Origin: Actinomycetota bacterium
GTDB lineage: Bacteria > Actinomycetota > Acidimicrobiia > Acidimicrobiales > JAJPHE01
DNA: 64,000 bases
Direction: 5' to 3'
Assembly: GCA_021325435.1 (NCBI GenBank)
Contig: JAJPHE010000160.1
Span: forward strand, 10,202 to 74,201
The notes under the pieces were generated by a model. That model saw only the letters and a list, made by a program, of their open reading frames with translations, had not been told where the DNA came from and made no database searches. Every line of letters begins with the position of its first letter. Position 1 is the stretch's first letter. Positions 17,517 through 26,789 of this stretch are shown piece after piece. The position numbers were made by a program, and so were the translations under genes.

Positions 17517-18839
17517 ATGGCCAGCCCCGTCACGCAGGAGCGACGTTCCGGTCGGCTGGCCGGACCGGCGCGGGCCCTGGCCGGGGCGAGGGTCAGCGCC
17601 GGGGGCCGGGCCCGGCAGCTGCTGGCTTACGCGGCGTTCGCCGGCCCGGGGCTGATCGCCGCCAACGCCGGCAACGACGCCGGGGGCATCGCCACCTACG
17701 CGTCGGCTGGTAGCCAGTTCCGCTACCGGACCCTGTTCTTCATGGTGCTGGTCACCATCGGGCTGGTCGTAGTGCAGGAGATGTCCACCAGGCTGGGCGC
17801 CTTCACCGGCAAGGGGCTGGCCGCCCTCATCCGCGAGGAGTTCTCCATCCGGCTGGCCACCTTCGCCCTTGGCTGCCTTCTGCTGGCCAACCTCGGCTTG
17901 GTCGTCACCGAGTTCGCCGGCGTCGGCGCCGCCTTCGAGTTGTTCGGAGTGCCGCGCTACCTCACCGTGCCGATCGCCGCCGTCGCCATCTGGGCCCTCG
18001 TCCTGTTCGGTTCCTACCGCTACGCCGAGCGGATCTTCCTGGTGCTCTCGCTGGCGTTTCTCACCTACCCGATCGCCGCTGTCCTCGGCCACCCGCATTG
18101 GGGGCAGGTGGCGTCCGACACCGTTCTGCCCCACTTCCTCGGCAGCCGCGACTTCGTCCTGCTGGGGGTGGCGCTCATCGGTACCACGATCAGCCCTTAC
18201 ATGCAGCTTTACGCCGCCGCCGGAGTCGTCGACCGCGGCATCGGCCCCGACGAGTACCGCTACGAGCGCATCGACGCCGTGTCCGGCGCCATTTTCGCCA
18301 ACGTCGTGTCCATGTTCATCATCATCGCCACCGCCGCCGCCATCGGGGGGCACGGACCCCTCAACTCGGCCAAGGAGGCGGCCCAGGCGTTGCGTCCTGT
18401 GGCCGGGCCCGGGGCGACGCTGCTGTTCGGCATGGGCCTGCTCGGCGCCTCGGCCCTGGCCGGGGCGGTGGTGCCCCTCTCGACGGCCTACGCCGTGTCC
18501 GAAGCGGTCGGCGCCGAACGCTCCGTGTCGCGCAGGTTCAACGAGGCGCCGGTGCTCCTCGGCCTGTTCACCGGGCAAATCGTGGTGGGAGCAGCGGTCG
18601 CCCTGATCCCGTTCAACCTGATCCACCTGCTGATCGGAACCCAGGTCCTCCAGGGATTGGTGACCCCGGTCTTCCTGACGTTCATCCTCGTCCTGGCCAA
18701 CCGCCGAGACGTCCTCGGCGATGCGGCCAACGGTCGAACTTTCCGAAAGGTGGCCTTCGTGACGGTCCTGGCCGTGGGCGGCCTGTCCCTGGTGCTCCTC
18801 GGCCAGACGGTGCTCGGCTGGCTAGGACTGGTCCACTGA
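17517..18839 (+). CDS. NRAMP/SLC11-family transporter with non-canonical metal-site residues
   Basis: The family N-terminus is GPGLIAANAGNDAGGIATYASAGSQFRY, where canonical proteins read ..DPGN... The TM6 region is LIGTTISPYMQLY, where canonical proteins read G-A-x-x-M-P-H-N-L-Y. About 11 TM helices. Confidence 0.85.
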   Translation: MASPVTQERRSGRLAGPARALAGARVSAGGRARQLLAYAAFAGPGLIAANAGNDAGGIATYASAGSQFRYRTLFFMVLVTIGLVVVQEMSTRLGAFTGKGLAALIREEFSIRLATFALGCLLLANLGLVVTEFAGVGAAFELFGVPRYLTVPIAAVAIWALVLFGSYRYAERIFLVLSLAFLTYPIAAVLGHPHWGQVASDTVLPHFLGSRDFVLLGVALIGTTISPYMQLYAAAGVVDRGIGPDEYRYERIDAVSGAIFANVVSMFIIIATAAAIGGHGPLNSAKEAAQALRPVAGPGATLLFGMGLLGASALAGAVVPLSTAYAVSEAVGAERSVSRRFNEAPVLLGLFTGQIVVGAAVALIPFNLIHLLIGTQVLQGLVTPVFLTFILVLANRRDVLGDAANGRTFRKVAFVTVLAVGGLSLVLLGQTVLGWLGLVH

Positions 18840-18904
18840 CGCGGCCTCGGCGGCCACCGAGCCCGCTTGACCGGGGAGTCAACTTCGGAGGAGGCTTCCC
18901 GGCC

Positions 18905-20170
18905 ATGAAACGGACGGGGGAGGGGCTGCGCATCGCCTTCCTCGCCTATCGGGGGAACCCCCATTCCGGCGGACAGGGCGTCTACACCCGCTACCTGACC
19001 TCCGAGCTCACCGCCCTCGGCCACCACGTCGAGGTGTTCGGCGGCCAGCCCTACCCGGTCCTCGAGGACGGGGTGCGACTGGTGCCGGTGCCGAGCCTGG
19101 ACCTCTACCGCAAGCCGGACCCCTTCCGCATCCCCCGCCCCCACGAGTTCCGCCAGGGCGTGGACTTTCTGGAGTTCGGCCTGATGTGCACCGCCGGCTT
19201 TCCCGAACCGCTCACCTTCAGCCTGCGGGCCCGCAAGGTGCTGGCCGCCCGCCGCCACGAGTTCGACCTGGTGCACGACAACCAGTGCCTGGGACGCGGG
19301 TTGCTCGGCATGCTGGACGACGGTTGGCCTCTCTTGGCCACCCTGCACCATCCGATCACCGTCGACCGCGATCTGGAGCTGGCCCACGCCCGCACCCTCC
19401 GCCGCAAGCTGACCCTGCGGCGCTGGTACGGGTTCCTCGGCATGCAGTGCCGGGTCGCTCGCCAGCTCCCCCGTATCGTCACCGTGTCCGAGTCGTCGAG
19501 GAACGACATCGCCTCCCAGATGGGCGTGGCGGGCGATCGCCTGTCGATCGTCCCTGTCGGCGTAGACCACCAACGCTTCCGGCCCATGCCGCAGGTGGCT
19601 CGGGTGCCGGGCCGGCTCATGACCACCGCCAGCGCCGACGTGCCGCTCAAGGGCCTGGTGCCCCTGCTCGAGGCGTTGGCCAAGGTGCGCACCGAGCGCC
19701 ACGCCGAGCTGGTTGTGATCGGCTCGCCCCGTCCGGAGAGCCGGGTCGGCGAGACCATCGACCGGCTCGGGCTGCACGACGCCGTTCGCTTCGTCAGCGG
19801 GGTGAGCGACGAGGAGCTCGTCCGGCTGTACGCCGAGGCGGAGGCCGCCGTGGTCCCCTCGCTGTACGAGGGTTTCTCCCTGCCCGCCGTCGAGGCCATG
19901 GCCTGCGGCGTGTGCCTGGTGGCGACGACGGGCGGCGCCCTGCCCGAGGTGGTCGGGCGCAGCGGCGAGACCGGCCTGCTGGTTCCCCCCGGCGACCCGG
20001 GAGCGCTGGCTCTGGCGCTCAGTCGGGTGCTGGACGAGCCCGAGCTGCGGGCCCGGCTGGGGGCGGCCGGTCGGGCCCGGGTCCTCGAGCGCTTCACGTG
20101 GCGGGCTACCGCCGCCGGCACCGCCGAGATATACGCCGAGATGATGGAGGAGCGGGCGGCGGCGTGCTGA
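18905..20170 (+). CDS. GT-B glycosyltransferase (GT4/group 1)
   Basis: N-terminus IAFLAYRGNPHSGGQGVYTRYL. C-terminal EGFSLPAVEAMACGVCLVATTGGALPEVV (E-x7-E region). Start set at ATG 18905. The track's 690-aa ORF begins inside the NRAMP gene. Confidence 0.85.
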   Translation: MKRTGEGLRIAFLAYRGNPHSGGQGVYTRYLTSELTALGHHVEVFGGQPYPVLEDGVRLVPVPSLDLYRKPDPFRIPRPHEFRQGVDFLEFGLMCTAGFPEPLTFSLRARKVLAARRHEFDLVHDNQCLGRGLLGMLDDGWPLLATLHHPITVDRDLELAHARTLRRKLTLRRWYGFLGMQCRVARQLPRIVTVSESSRNDIASQMGVAGDRLSIVPVGVDHQRFRPMPQVARVPGRLMTTASADVPLKGLVPLLEALAKVRTERHAELVVIGSPRPESRVGETIDRLGLHDAVRFVSGVSDEELVRLYAEAEAAVVPSLYEGFSLPAVEAMACGVCLVATTGGALPEVVGRSGETGLLVPPGDPGALALALSRVLDEPELRARLGAAGRARVLERFTWRATAAGTAEIYAEMMEERAAAC

Positions 20171-20871
20171 CCGTGCGCTACGACCGGCTGGGATTGCGGC
20201 CCGGCGATCGCGTCCTCGACCTTGGTTGCGGGGCCGGCCGCCACGCCTACGAGTCGATGCGCCGGGGGGCGACCGTCATCGCTCTCGACGCCAGCGACTC
20301 CGAGCTCAAAGACGTCGCCGGCACCATGGCGGCCCTCATCGAGCAGGGTGAGGGCCCGGGTGGGGGAGGGGTGGTCAACGGTGACGGGCTGCACCTGCCG
20401 TTCCCCGACTCCTCCTTCGACCGGATCATCGCCGCTGAGGTGCTCGAGCACATCCCCGCCGACACCGGCGCCATCGGCGAGCTGGCCCGCGTCCTGCGTC
20501 CCGGCGGCACCATGGCCGTCACCGTGCCCCGCTTCGGTCCCGAGCTGGTGAACTGGGTTCTGTCGGACGCTTACCACTCGGTCGAGGGTGGTCACGTCCG
20601 CATCTACCGGCGCTCGGCCCTCGGCGCCCGGCTGGCGGCGGCCGGTCTGCGGGTCACCGGCTCCCACCACGCCCACGCCCTGCACACCCCGTACTGGTGG
20701 CTGCGGTGCGCGGTCGGGGTCGACCGGGCCGATCACCCCGTAGTGTCGGCCTACCACCGGCTGTTGGTCTGGGACATCGTGTCGGCCCCGCCCGTCACCC
20801 GGGTGGCCGACCGGCTGCTGAATCCGCTGATGGGCAAGAGCCTCGTGGTCTACGTGGAGAAGCCGGCATGA
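20164..20871 (+). CDS. class I SAM-dependent methyltransferase
   Basis: Motif I VLDLGCGAGRHA, then ALDAS, then post-I/II DRIIAAEVLEHI and LRPGGTMAV. GTG 20164 overlaps the glycosyltransferase stop by 7 nt. Confidence 0.85.
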   Translation: MLTVRYDRLGLRPGDRVLDLGCGAGRHAYESMRRGATVIALDASDSELKDVAGTMAALIEQGEGPGGGGVVNGDGLHLPFPDSSFDRIIAAEVLEHIPADTGAIGELARVLRPGGTMAVTVPRFGPELVNWVLSDAYHSVEGGHVRIYRRSALGARLAAAGLRVTGSHHAHALHTPYWWLRCAVGVDRADHPVVSAYHRLLVWDIVSAPPVTRVADRLLNPLMGKSLVVYVEKPA

Positions 20872-21959
20872 GCCGGCCGCCGCTGCCGGCCGTGCCCGGC
20901 GTCATCAGCGCCGACCAGGTGGCCCAGACCGCCGACTCGATCGCCGCCGTGCAACTGCCGTCCGGCATGATCCCCTGGTTCCCTGGCGGCCACGCCGATC
21001 CGTGGAACCACGTCGAAGCGGCGATGGCGCTCACCGTCGCCGGGCGCCTGGCCGAGGCCGAGGACGCCTACGCCTGGCTGCGCGACGCCCAACACGCCGA
21101 CGGCTGGTGGTGCACCTACTACCTGGCCGAGGGGGTGGAGGAGCCCCGCCGCGACACCAACGTGATCTCCTACGTGGCCACCGGCTGCTGGCACCACTAC
21201 CTGTCGACCGGCGACCGCGGGTTCCTCGAGTGGGCGTGGCCCATGGTCCGTTCCGCCGTCAGCTTCGCTCTGCGCTACCAGCTTCCCGGGGGCGAGCTCA
21301 TCTGGTCGGTCGACCCCGACGGCACCCCCGGCCGTTTCGCCCTGCTCACCGGCACGGCCTCGGCCTACTTCAGCGTGCGCTGCGCCATCGCCATCGCCGA
21401 GGAGCTCGGCGACGACCAGCCCGAGTGGGAGCTGGCCGCCGGCCGGCTGGCCCACTCCGTGGCCCGCCGTCCCGACGCCTTCGAGCCCAAGGAGCGTTGG
21501 GCGATGGACTGGTATTACCCGGTGCTGTGCGGCGCCCTGTCCGGCGCCGCCGGCCGAGCCCGCATCTCGGAGCGCTGGGGTGAGTTCGTGATGAACGACC
21601 GGGGGGTGCGCTGTGTGTCGGACCGGCCCTGGGTGACGGCGGCGGAGACCGCCGAGTGTGTCCTGACGCTGGACGCCCTCGGGTGGCGCGAGGACGCCGT
21701 CCGTCTCCTGTCCTGGGTCCAGAGCCTGCGCGACGTCGACGGGTCGTACTGGACGGGACGGGTCTACCCCGAGCGGGCCAACTTCCCCGGCGGCGAGCGC
21801 AGCACCTACACCGCCGCCGCCATCGTGCTGGCCGCCAACGCCCTCGGGGGCAGCGGGCCGGCCGCCGGTCTGTTCCGCGGCGAGCAGCTGCCGGTCGGGG
21901 TCGAGTTCCTCGAGCCGGCCCTCGACGGCTCGGAAGCCGACCCGGCCCAGCACCCCTAG
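20868..21959 (+). CDS. prenyltransferase / terpenoid-cyclase-fold (alpha-alpha toroid) protein
   Basis: Repeated aromatic/Trp-rich helical hairpins (QLPSGMIPWFPGGHADPWNHVEAAMAL, DGWWCTYY, DGSYWTG). ATGA start/stop overlap with the methyltransferase. The family call is by resemblance only. Confidence 0.6.
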   Translation: MSRPPLPAVPGVISADQVAQTADSIAAVQLPSGMIPWFPGGHADPWNHVEAAMALTVAGRLAEAEDAYAWLRDAQHADGWWCTYYLAEGVEEPRRDTNVISYVATGCWHHYLSTGDRGFLEWAWPMVRSAVSFALRYQLPGGELIWSVDPDGTPGRFALLTGTASAYFSVRCAIAIAEELGDDQPEWELAAGRLAHSVARRPDAFEPKERWAMDWYYPVLCGALSGAAGRARISERWGEFVMNDRGVRCVSDRPWVTAAETAECVLTLDALGWREDAVRLLSWVQSLRDVDGSYWTGRVYPERANFPGGERSTYTAAAIVLAANALGGSGPAAGLFRGEQLPVGVEFLEPALDGSEADPAQHP

Positions 21960-21969
21960 TCGCTGGTCT

Positions 21970-21986
21970 CCCGACGGGCGGTCGGG
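21970..21986. terminator. short hairpin between convergent genes
   Basis: CCCGAC-GGGCG-GTCGGG (6-bp stem), between the stops at 21959 (+) and 21993 (-). Confidence 0.3.
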
Positions 21987-21992
21987 CCCGGC

Positions 21993-22652
21993 CTACTGGC
22001 CCGGTCCCACCCGGCGCAGCACCCGCAGGCTTCCGCACCCCGGCTCCTCCTCGAACCCACCGGAGGAGCGGGCCCGGGTGAACAGCTCCCAGGGGGGCCG
22101 ACCGCCCTGGGCGGGATCCTCGAACACGTCGTGGATGGCCAGCAGGCCGCCGACGGCCAGATGGGGGGTCCAGCCGTGATAATCGGCCCAGGCCGGCTCC
22201 TCCCCGTGGCCGCCGTCGATGAACAGCAGCGACAGGGGGGTGGCCCAATGGGCGGCGATCGCCGGTGAGTCCCCGACGACCGCCACCACCACGTCCTCGA
22301 GCCGGGCCTCCTCCATGGTGCGGCGAAAGGTGGGCAGGGTGTCCATCCGCCCGGTGCGAGAGTCGACCAGGGTGGGGTCATGGTGCTCCCATCCGGCCTG
22401 GTTCTCCTCCGAGCCCCGATGGTGGTCGACGGTGAACAGCACCGACCCCCCGGACCGGGCCGCCGCCCCCAGGTAGATGGCCGACTTGCCGCAGTAGGTG
22501 CCCACCTCCAGCAGCGGCCCCAGGCCCCCCCGGGCCGCCCGCAACCCGGCTCGGTAGAGGGCGGCGCCCTCGTCGTCGGGCATGAACCCCTTGGCCGCCC
22601 GGGCGCACGACAGGAGGAACGGGTCGATCACCTGACCTTCGTCGTCGGTCAC
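21993..22652 (-). CDS. class I SAM-dependent methyltransferase (Methyltransf_24 / O-MT-like)
   Basis: LEVGTYCGKSAIYLG (motif I), LLFIDGGH and LLAIHDV, typical of this small methyltransferase family. Confidence 0.75.
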   Translation of the reverse strand: MTDDEGQVIDPFLLSCARAAKGFMPDDEGAALYRAGLRAARGGLGPLLEVGTYCGKSAIYLGAAARSGGSVLFTVDHHRGSEENQAGWEHHDPTLVDSRTGRMDTLPTFRRTMEEARLEDVVVAVVGDSPAIAAHWATPLSLLFIDGGHGEEPAWADYHGWTPHLAVGGLLAIHDVFEDPAQGGRPPWELFTRARSSGGFEEEPGCGSLRVLRRVGPGQ

Positions 22653-22674
22653 TGCTCCTCCCTACGATGGGCCG

Positions 22675-23928
22675 GTGACGCTGTTTCCGGAGCCGGCGTC
22701 GGTACGCCGGCTCAGCCTGGTCCGTCTCTCCAGTGAGTTGGCCCGCTCGGCCGCCGGGCTCGGGCGGGTATCGGTGGAGGGCGAGGTGGTGCGGCCGAGG
22801 ACCCTACCGTCCGGGCGCACCTGGTTCACGCTGCGCGACCGGGCGGCCCAGATCAGCGTGACCGTCCCGGGTGGGCGGGCGGCCCGGGCCCGGGTGGTGC
22901 ACGGGGAGCGGGTGGCCGTCACCGCCTCGGTCTCCTACTCGCCGGAGCGAGGACAGCTCTTCCTCGCCGCCGAGGAGGTGGTGCCGGTCGGCGCCGGCGC
23001 CATCGCCGCCCACCTCGCCGACGTCCGGGCCCGGCTGGCCGCCGCCGGCCTCCTCGACCGGCCCCGCCGCCCGTTGCCGGCCCTGCCGGCGGCGGTGGGC
23101 GTGGTGTGCGGGGCCGACGCCGCCGTGCGGGGCGACATCGAGTCGGTGGTGGCCGACCGGTTCCCCGGCTACCCCGTCCGCTTCGCCGAGGTCAGCGTGT
23201 CGGGCCCCATGGCTGCCGATTCGATCGCCTCCGCCCTGCGGGCCCTGCAGGGCGACCCCGACGTGGAGGTGGTGATCCTCGCCCGCGGCGGCGGTGACGC
23301 CGCCCAGCTGCTCCCGTTCAGCGACGAGGAGCTCTGTCGGGCGATCGGGGCGGCGCGGGTGCCCGTCGTGACCGCCATCGGCCACGAGGGTGACCGTCCG
23401 TTGTGCGACGAGGTGGCCGACCTGCGCTTCCCGACACCGTCGCTGGCGGCGGCGGCGGTGATACCCGACCGCCGTGGCCTGCAGGCCCGTCTCGAGGACC
23501 TGGCCGCCCGGGCCGGGTCGGCGGTGGACGCGGCGTCGGTCGCCGCCCGGCAGCGGGTGGCGGCAGCCGATCCGTCGGCCGCCCTCGACGCCGCCCTGGT
23601 CCTGGCCCGGGGCCGGATGGACGCGGCCGGTCGACGCCTGCTGATGGCCGACCCCGGCCGGCGGGTCACCGACGCCGCTCGCCTGCTGGCCCGCATCGAC
23701 CGCCAGTCCGGCATGACCCACCGGCTGCGTCGGGCCCGGGCCCAGCTGGCCGACCGGGGCCGGACGCTGCACGCCCTCGACCCCGCTCGGGTGCTGCAGC
23801 GCGGCTACGCCGTGGTCCGCTCCGGTGGCGCGGTGGTCCGTTCGGCCCAGCAGGTGACGGCGGGCGATCCCCTCGAGGTCGAGTTGGCCGAAGGCCGCCT
23901 CGACGCCGTGGTCCGGGGGCAGGCATGA
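22675..23928 (+). CDS. xseA: exodeoxyribonuclease VII large subunit
   Basis: N-terminal OB fold (VSVEGEVVRPRTLPSGRTWFTLRD) and catalytic core (VGVVCGADAAVRGDI...ILARGGGD...VVTAIGHEGDRPLCD). Confidence 0.9.
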   Translation: MTLFPEPASVRRLSLVRLSSELARSAAGLGRVSVEGEVVRPRTLPSGRTWFTLRDRAAQISVTVPGGRAARARVVHGERVAVTASVSYSPERGQLFLAAEEVVPVGAGAIAAHLADVRARLAAAGLLDRPRRPLPALPAAVGVVCGADAAVRGDIESVVADRFPGYPVRFAEVSVSGPMAADSIASALRALQGDPDVEVVILARGGGDAAQLLPFSDEELCRAIGAARVPVVTAIGHEGDRPLCDEVADLRFPTPSLAAAAVIPDRRGLQARLEDLAARAGSAVDAASVAARQRVAAADPSAALDAALVLARGRMDAAGRRLLMADPGRRVTDAARLLARIDRQSGMTHRLRRARAQLADRGRTLHALDPARVLQRGYAVVRSGGAVVRSAQQVTAGDPLEVELAEGRLDAVVRGQA

Positions 23929-24143
23929 CCGAGCCCCGCCCCGACCTCGGATCGCTCACCTTCGAGCAGCTGCTCGAGGAGCTCGAGTCCCTCACCGCCC
24001 AGATGGCCACCGGCGATGTGGGCATCGAGGAGGCCGCCGACCTCTACGAGCGGGCCGGTCAGGTCTACCGGGCGGCGGCCGACCGCCTCGAGGCGGTGCA
24101 GGCCCGAATCGATCGCCTCAGATCGGATCAGTCGGGGAGCTGA
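23925..24143 (+). CDS. xseB: exodeoxyribonuclease VII small subunit
   Basis: 72 aa: LTFEQLLEELESLTAQMATGDVGIEEAADLYERAGQVYRAAADRLEAVQARI. ATGA overlap with xseA. Confidence 0.85.
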   Translation: MTEPRPDLGSLTFEQLLEELESLTAQMATGDVGIEEAADLYERAGQVYRAAADRLEAVQARIDRLRSDQSGS

Positions 24144-26671
24144 GCGGCGATGCGGCCGGACTGACGGCGGGCGAAGGCCACGTTCACGTCGAGCCGGTCG
24201 AGGATCTGGGCGAGGGTCTGCTGCCCCGACCGGATCGGGTGGGCGTCGAAGAACCCGCGGATGTCGGTGGCCAGGGCGGACTGGCACAGGGCGGAGAGCC
24301 CCTCGAGCATGCGCACGATCGAGTTCTGGGGCAGGCGCTCGACGATCGGGTCCCAGTTCTGCTTGAGGAAGGACCAAGCTTCGGGACCGCCCACCCGGTT
24401 GGCCAGCAGCACCGACAGCAGGTACGGCGCGTTCTGGGTGCGCACCTCGTCGAGGGACATGCGCAGCGTCCGCCCCACCAGCCCGAGGTCCTGGAAGCCG
24501 CCGAGGGCGTAGAGGTAGCGCACCTCCTCTTGAGGGGTGGCCGGGTGCCGGAACCGGTCGAGGAAGTCCTCGTACTCGCTGGCCGAGCCGGTCCAGGCCA
24601 CCACCGACACCACCGCGGCCAACAGGTCGGGGTCGATGGCGGAGCGGTCGATCAGGGCCCGCTTGTGGAGCTCGGCGCAGCGTCCCCGCACCTCGTCGTC
24701 GGCGCCGGTCGTGCCCAGCGCCCCCACCAGCGTCGCTCGCAGGGTGCCGACCTTGTCGGCCTCGCCCGGACGGGTGTCCCAGCCGAGGCGGTCGAGGGCC
24801 GGCCCCGCCACCCGGCGGATGAAGGCTTCGACCGCCGCCCGCTCGGGGCCGTCGGTCACCCGGTGCAGGAAGTCGAGCGGGTTGAGCGCCGCGCTCCAGA
24901 CCGAGGGGTCGTCGTCCGCACCGATGCGGGCGGTCAGGGCCAGGAAGTCCCCCAGCGGGGCGGCGTCGGCCAGGGCCAAAGCCCAGCTGTCGGACAGGAG
25001 GTTGAAGCGCTCCAACGGGTCGAGCTGGTCGAGTTGCCCGGCGAGGGCGGTGAACAGGTCGGCGCCGTAGCGGACGCGGTAGAAGCCCCATCCCCCCGAG
25101 TTGACGACCGCCCAGTCGGGCCGCCCGCCCAGATCGATCTCGGCCGAGGTCCCGGACAACAGGACCCGGTGGTCGCCGACCCGGCCGCCGACCGAGGCCC
25201 GGACCAGGACGGGGACGCTCCAGCGGGTGGCGTCATCACCGCCCAGGTAGGCGAAGCGCTGCTGGGACAGGGACAGCCCCCGCTCGGTCGCCGCCCCCGA
25301 CACCAAGGGGTTGCCGGCCTGGAAGATCCAGCTGTCCATCGTCGAGCGCACCGGTTCTCCGGTGGCCTCCTCGATGGCGTCCCAGAGGTCGGTGGTCTCG
25401 GCGTTGCCGTGGCTGTGGGCGGTCAGGTAGCGGTTGATGCCCCGCCGAAAGTCGTCCTCGCCCAGGTAGCGCTCCATCATGCGCAGCACCCCGGCGCCCT
25501 TCTGGTAGGTGAGGGTGTCGAACATGCCCTCCGCCTCCTCGGGGCGGGCCACGGGGAACTCGATGGCCCGCGTCGACGGCAAGCCGTCGATCGACATGGC
25601 CGCCCCCCGGCTCAGCCCGAAGGTCACCCAGCGGTCCCACTCCGGCCGGTAGGCGTCGACGCAGAGCAGCTCCATGAAGGTGGCGAACGCCTCGTTGAGC
25701 CACAACCCGTTCCACCATCTCATCGTCACCAGATCGCCGAACCACATGTGGGCGATCTCGTGGGCGATGACGTCGGCGACCCGCTCGAGCTCGATGTGGG
25801 AGGCGGCGTTGCGGTCGATGAGCAGCAGCGACTCGCGGAAGGTGACCGCCCCCAGATTCTCCATGGCGCCGAAGGCGAAGTCGGGTAGCGCCACCAGGTC
25901 GAGCTTGGACGCCGGATATGGGATGCCGAACCAGTTGGCGAAGAAGCGCAGGGCGTGGGCGCCGACCTCGAGGGCGAAGTCGCACAGATGTCCCTTGCCC
26001 GGAACGTGCACGACGCGAAGGCTCACCCCGTCGACGTCGACCGGGTCGCAGGTCTCCAGCGGTCCGATGATGAACGCCACCAGGTAGGTGGACATCTTCA
26101 TGGTGTCGGCGAAGCGGATGACCGAGCCCCCGTCGGGGCGGCGGTCGCGCCCGACCTCGGGTGAGTTGGACACCGCCGTCAGCCCCGGCCCGACGCTGAG
26201 GGTTATGGAGAACACCGCCTTGCGGTCGGGCTCGTCCCAGCACGGGAAGGCCCGGCGGGCGTCGGTCGCCTCGAACTGGGTGGCGGCGATCACCCGTTCA
26301 TCGCCGTCGGCGTCCTGGTAGGTGCTGCGGTACAGGCCACGGAGCTTGTCGTTGATCGACCCGGCGAAGGAGAGCAGCAGGGTGGCGGGGCCGGCCGGGG
26401 CCTCCCCCTCGAGGCGGAGGATGACTCGTTCCTCGTCCTCGTCGAAGGCGACGGAGGCGTCCAGCTGGGCACCGTCTTGGCAGACCAGGCGGGCTTGGGC
26501 GACCTCGAGCTCGGCCGCGTTGAGGACGAGCTCGCCGGTCGGTTCGTGGATCTGCAGCGACACTCGTTCGGTGCCCGTGAAGGTCGCACGGTCGAGGTCG
26601 GGGACGATCTCGATCTCGTAGCGGTCCGGCTCGATCGTGCGCGGGAGCCGGTAGGGCGGGGTGTCGGTCAT
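24128..26671 (-). CDS. pepN: aminopeptidase N (M1 family)
   Basis: GAMEN exopeptidase motif and zinc site HEIAHMWFGDLVT...WLNEAF. 847 aa. Confidence 0.95.
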   Translation of the reverse strand: MTDTPPYRLPRTIEPDRYEIEIVPDLDRATFTGTERVSLQIHEPTGELVLNAAELEVAQARLVCQDGAQLDASVAFDEDEERVILRLEGEAPAGPATLLLSFAGSINDKLRGLYRSTYQDADGDERVIAATQFEATDARRAFPCWDEPDRKAVFSITLSVGPGLTAVSNSPEVGRDRRPDGGSVIRFADTMKMSTYLVAFIIGPLETCDPVDVDGVSLRVVHVPGKGHLCDFALEVGAHALRFFANWFGIPYPASKLDLVALPDFAFGAMENLGAVTFRESLLLIDRNAASHIELERVADVIAHEIAHMWFGDLVTMRWWNGLWLNEAFATFMELLCVDAYRPEWDRWVTFGLSRGAAMSIDGLPSTRAIEFPVARPEEAEGMFDTLTYQKGAGVLRMMERYLGEDDFRRGINRYLTAHSHGNAETTDLWDAIEEATGEPVRSTMDSWIFQAGNPLVSGAATERGLSLSQQRFAYLGGDDATRWSVPVLVRASVGGRVGDHRVLLSGTSAEIDLGGRPDWAVVNSGGWGFYRVRYGADLFTALAGQLDQLDPLERFNLLSDSWALALADAAPLGDFLALTARIGADDDPSVWSAALNPLDFLHRVTDGPERAAVEAFIRRVAGPALDRLGWDTRPGEADKVGTLRATLVGALGTTGADDEVRGRCAELHKRALIDRSAIDPDLLAAVVSVVAWTGSASEYEDFLDRFRHPATPQEEVRYLYALGGFQDLGLVGRTLRMSLDEVRTQNAPYLLSVLLANRVGGPEAWSFLKQNWDPIVERLPQNSIVRMLEGLSALCQSALATDIRGFFDAHPIRSGQQTLAQILDRLDVNVAFARRQSGRIAAQLPD

Positions 26672-26789
26672 GGCACCCTCAAGCTAATTTGCGGCGGCGG
26701 GTTCCGTCCGGACGTGCCCGATAGTGGCACCGGGTGCCCGCCGGCGGAAGGCTCGGAGAGGGCGGCGGCTGCCGCTAGCGTCCCCGCCC

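Noticed and set aside
18098-20170. 690-aa version of the glycosyltransferase ORF
   Set aside because: The first 269 codons overlap the NRAMP gene in another frame and are Arg/Pro-rich. The family-typical N-terminus begins at ATG 18905.
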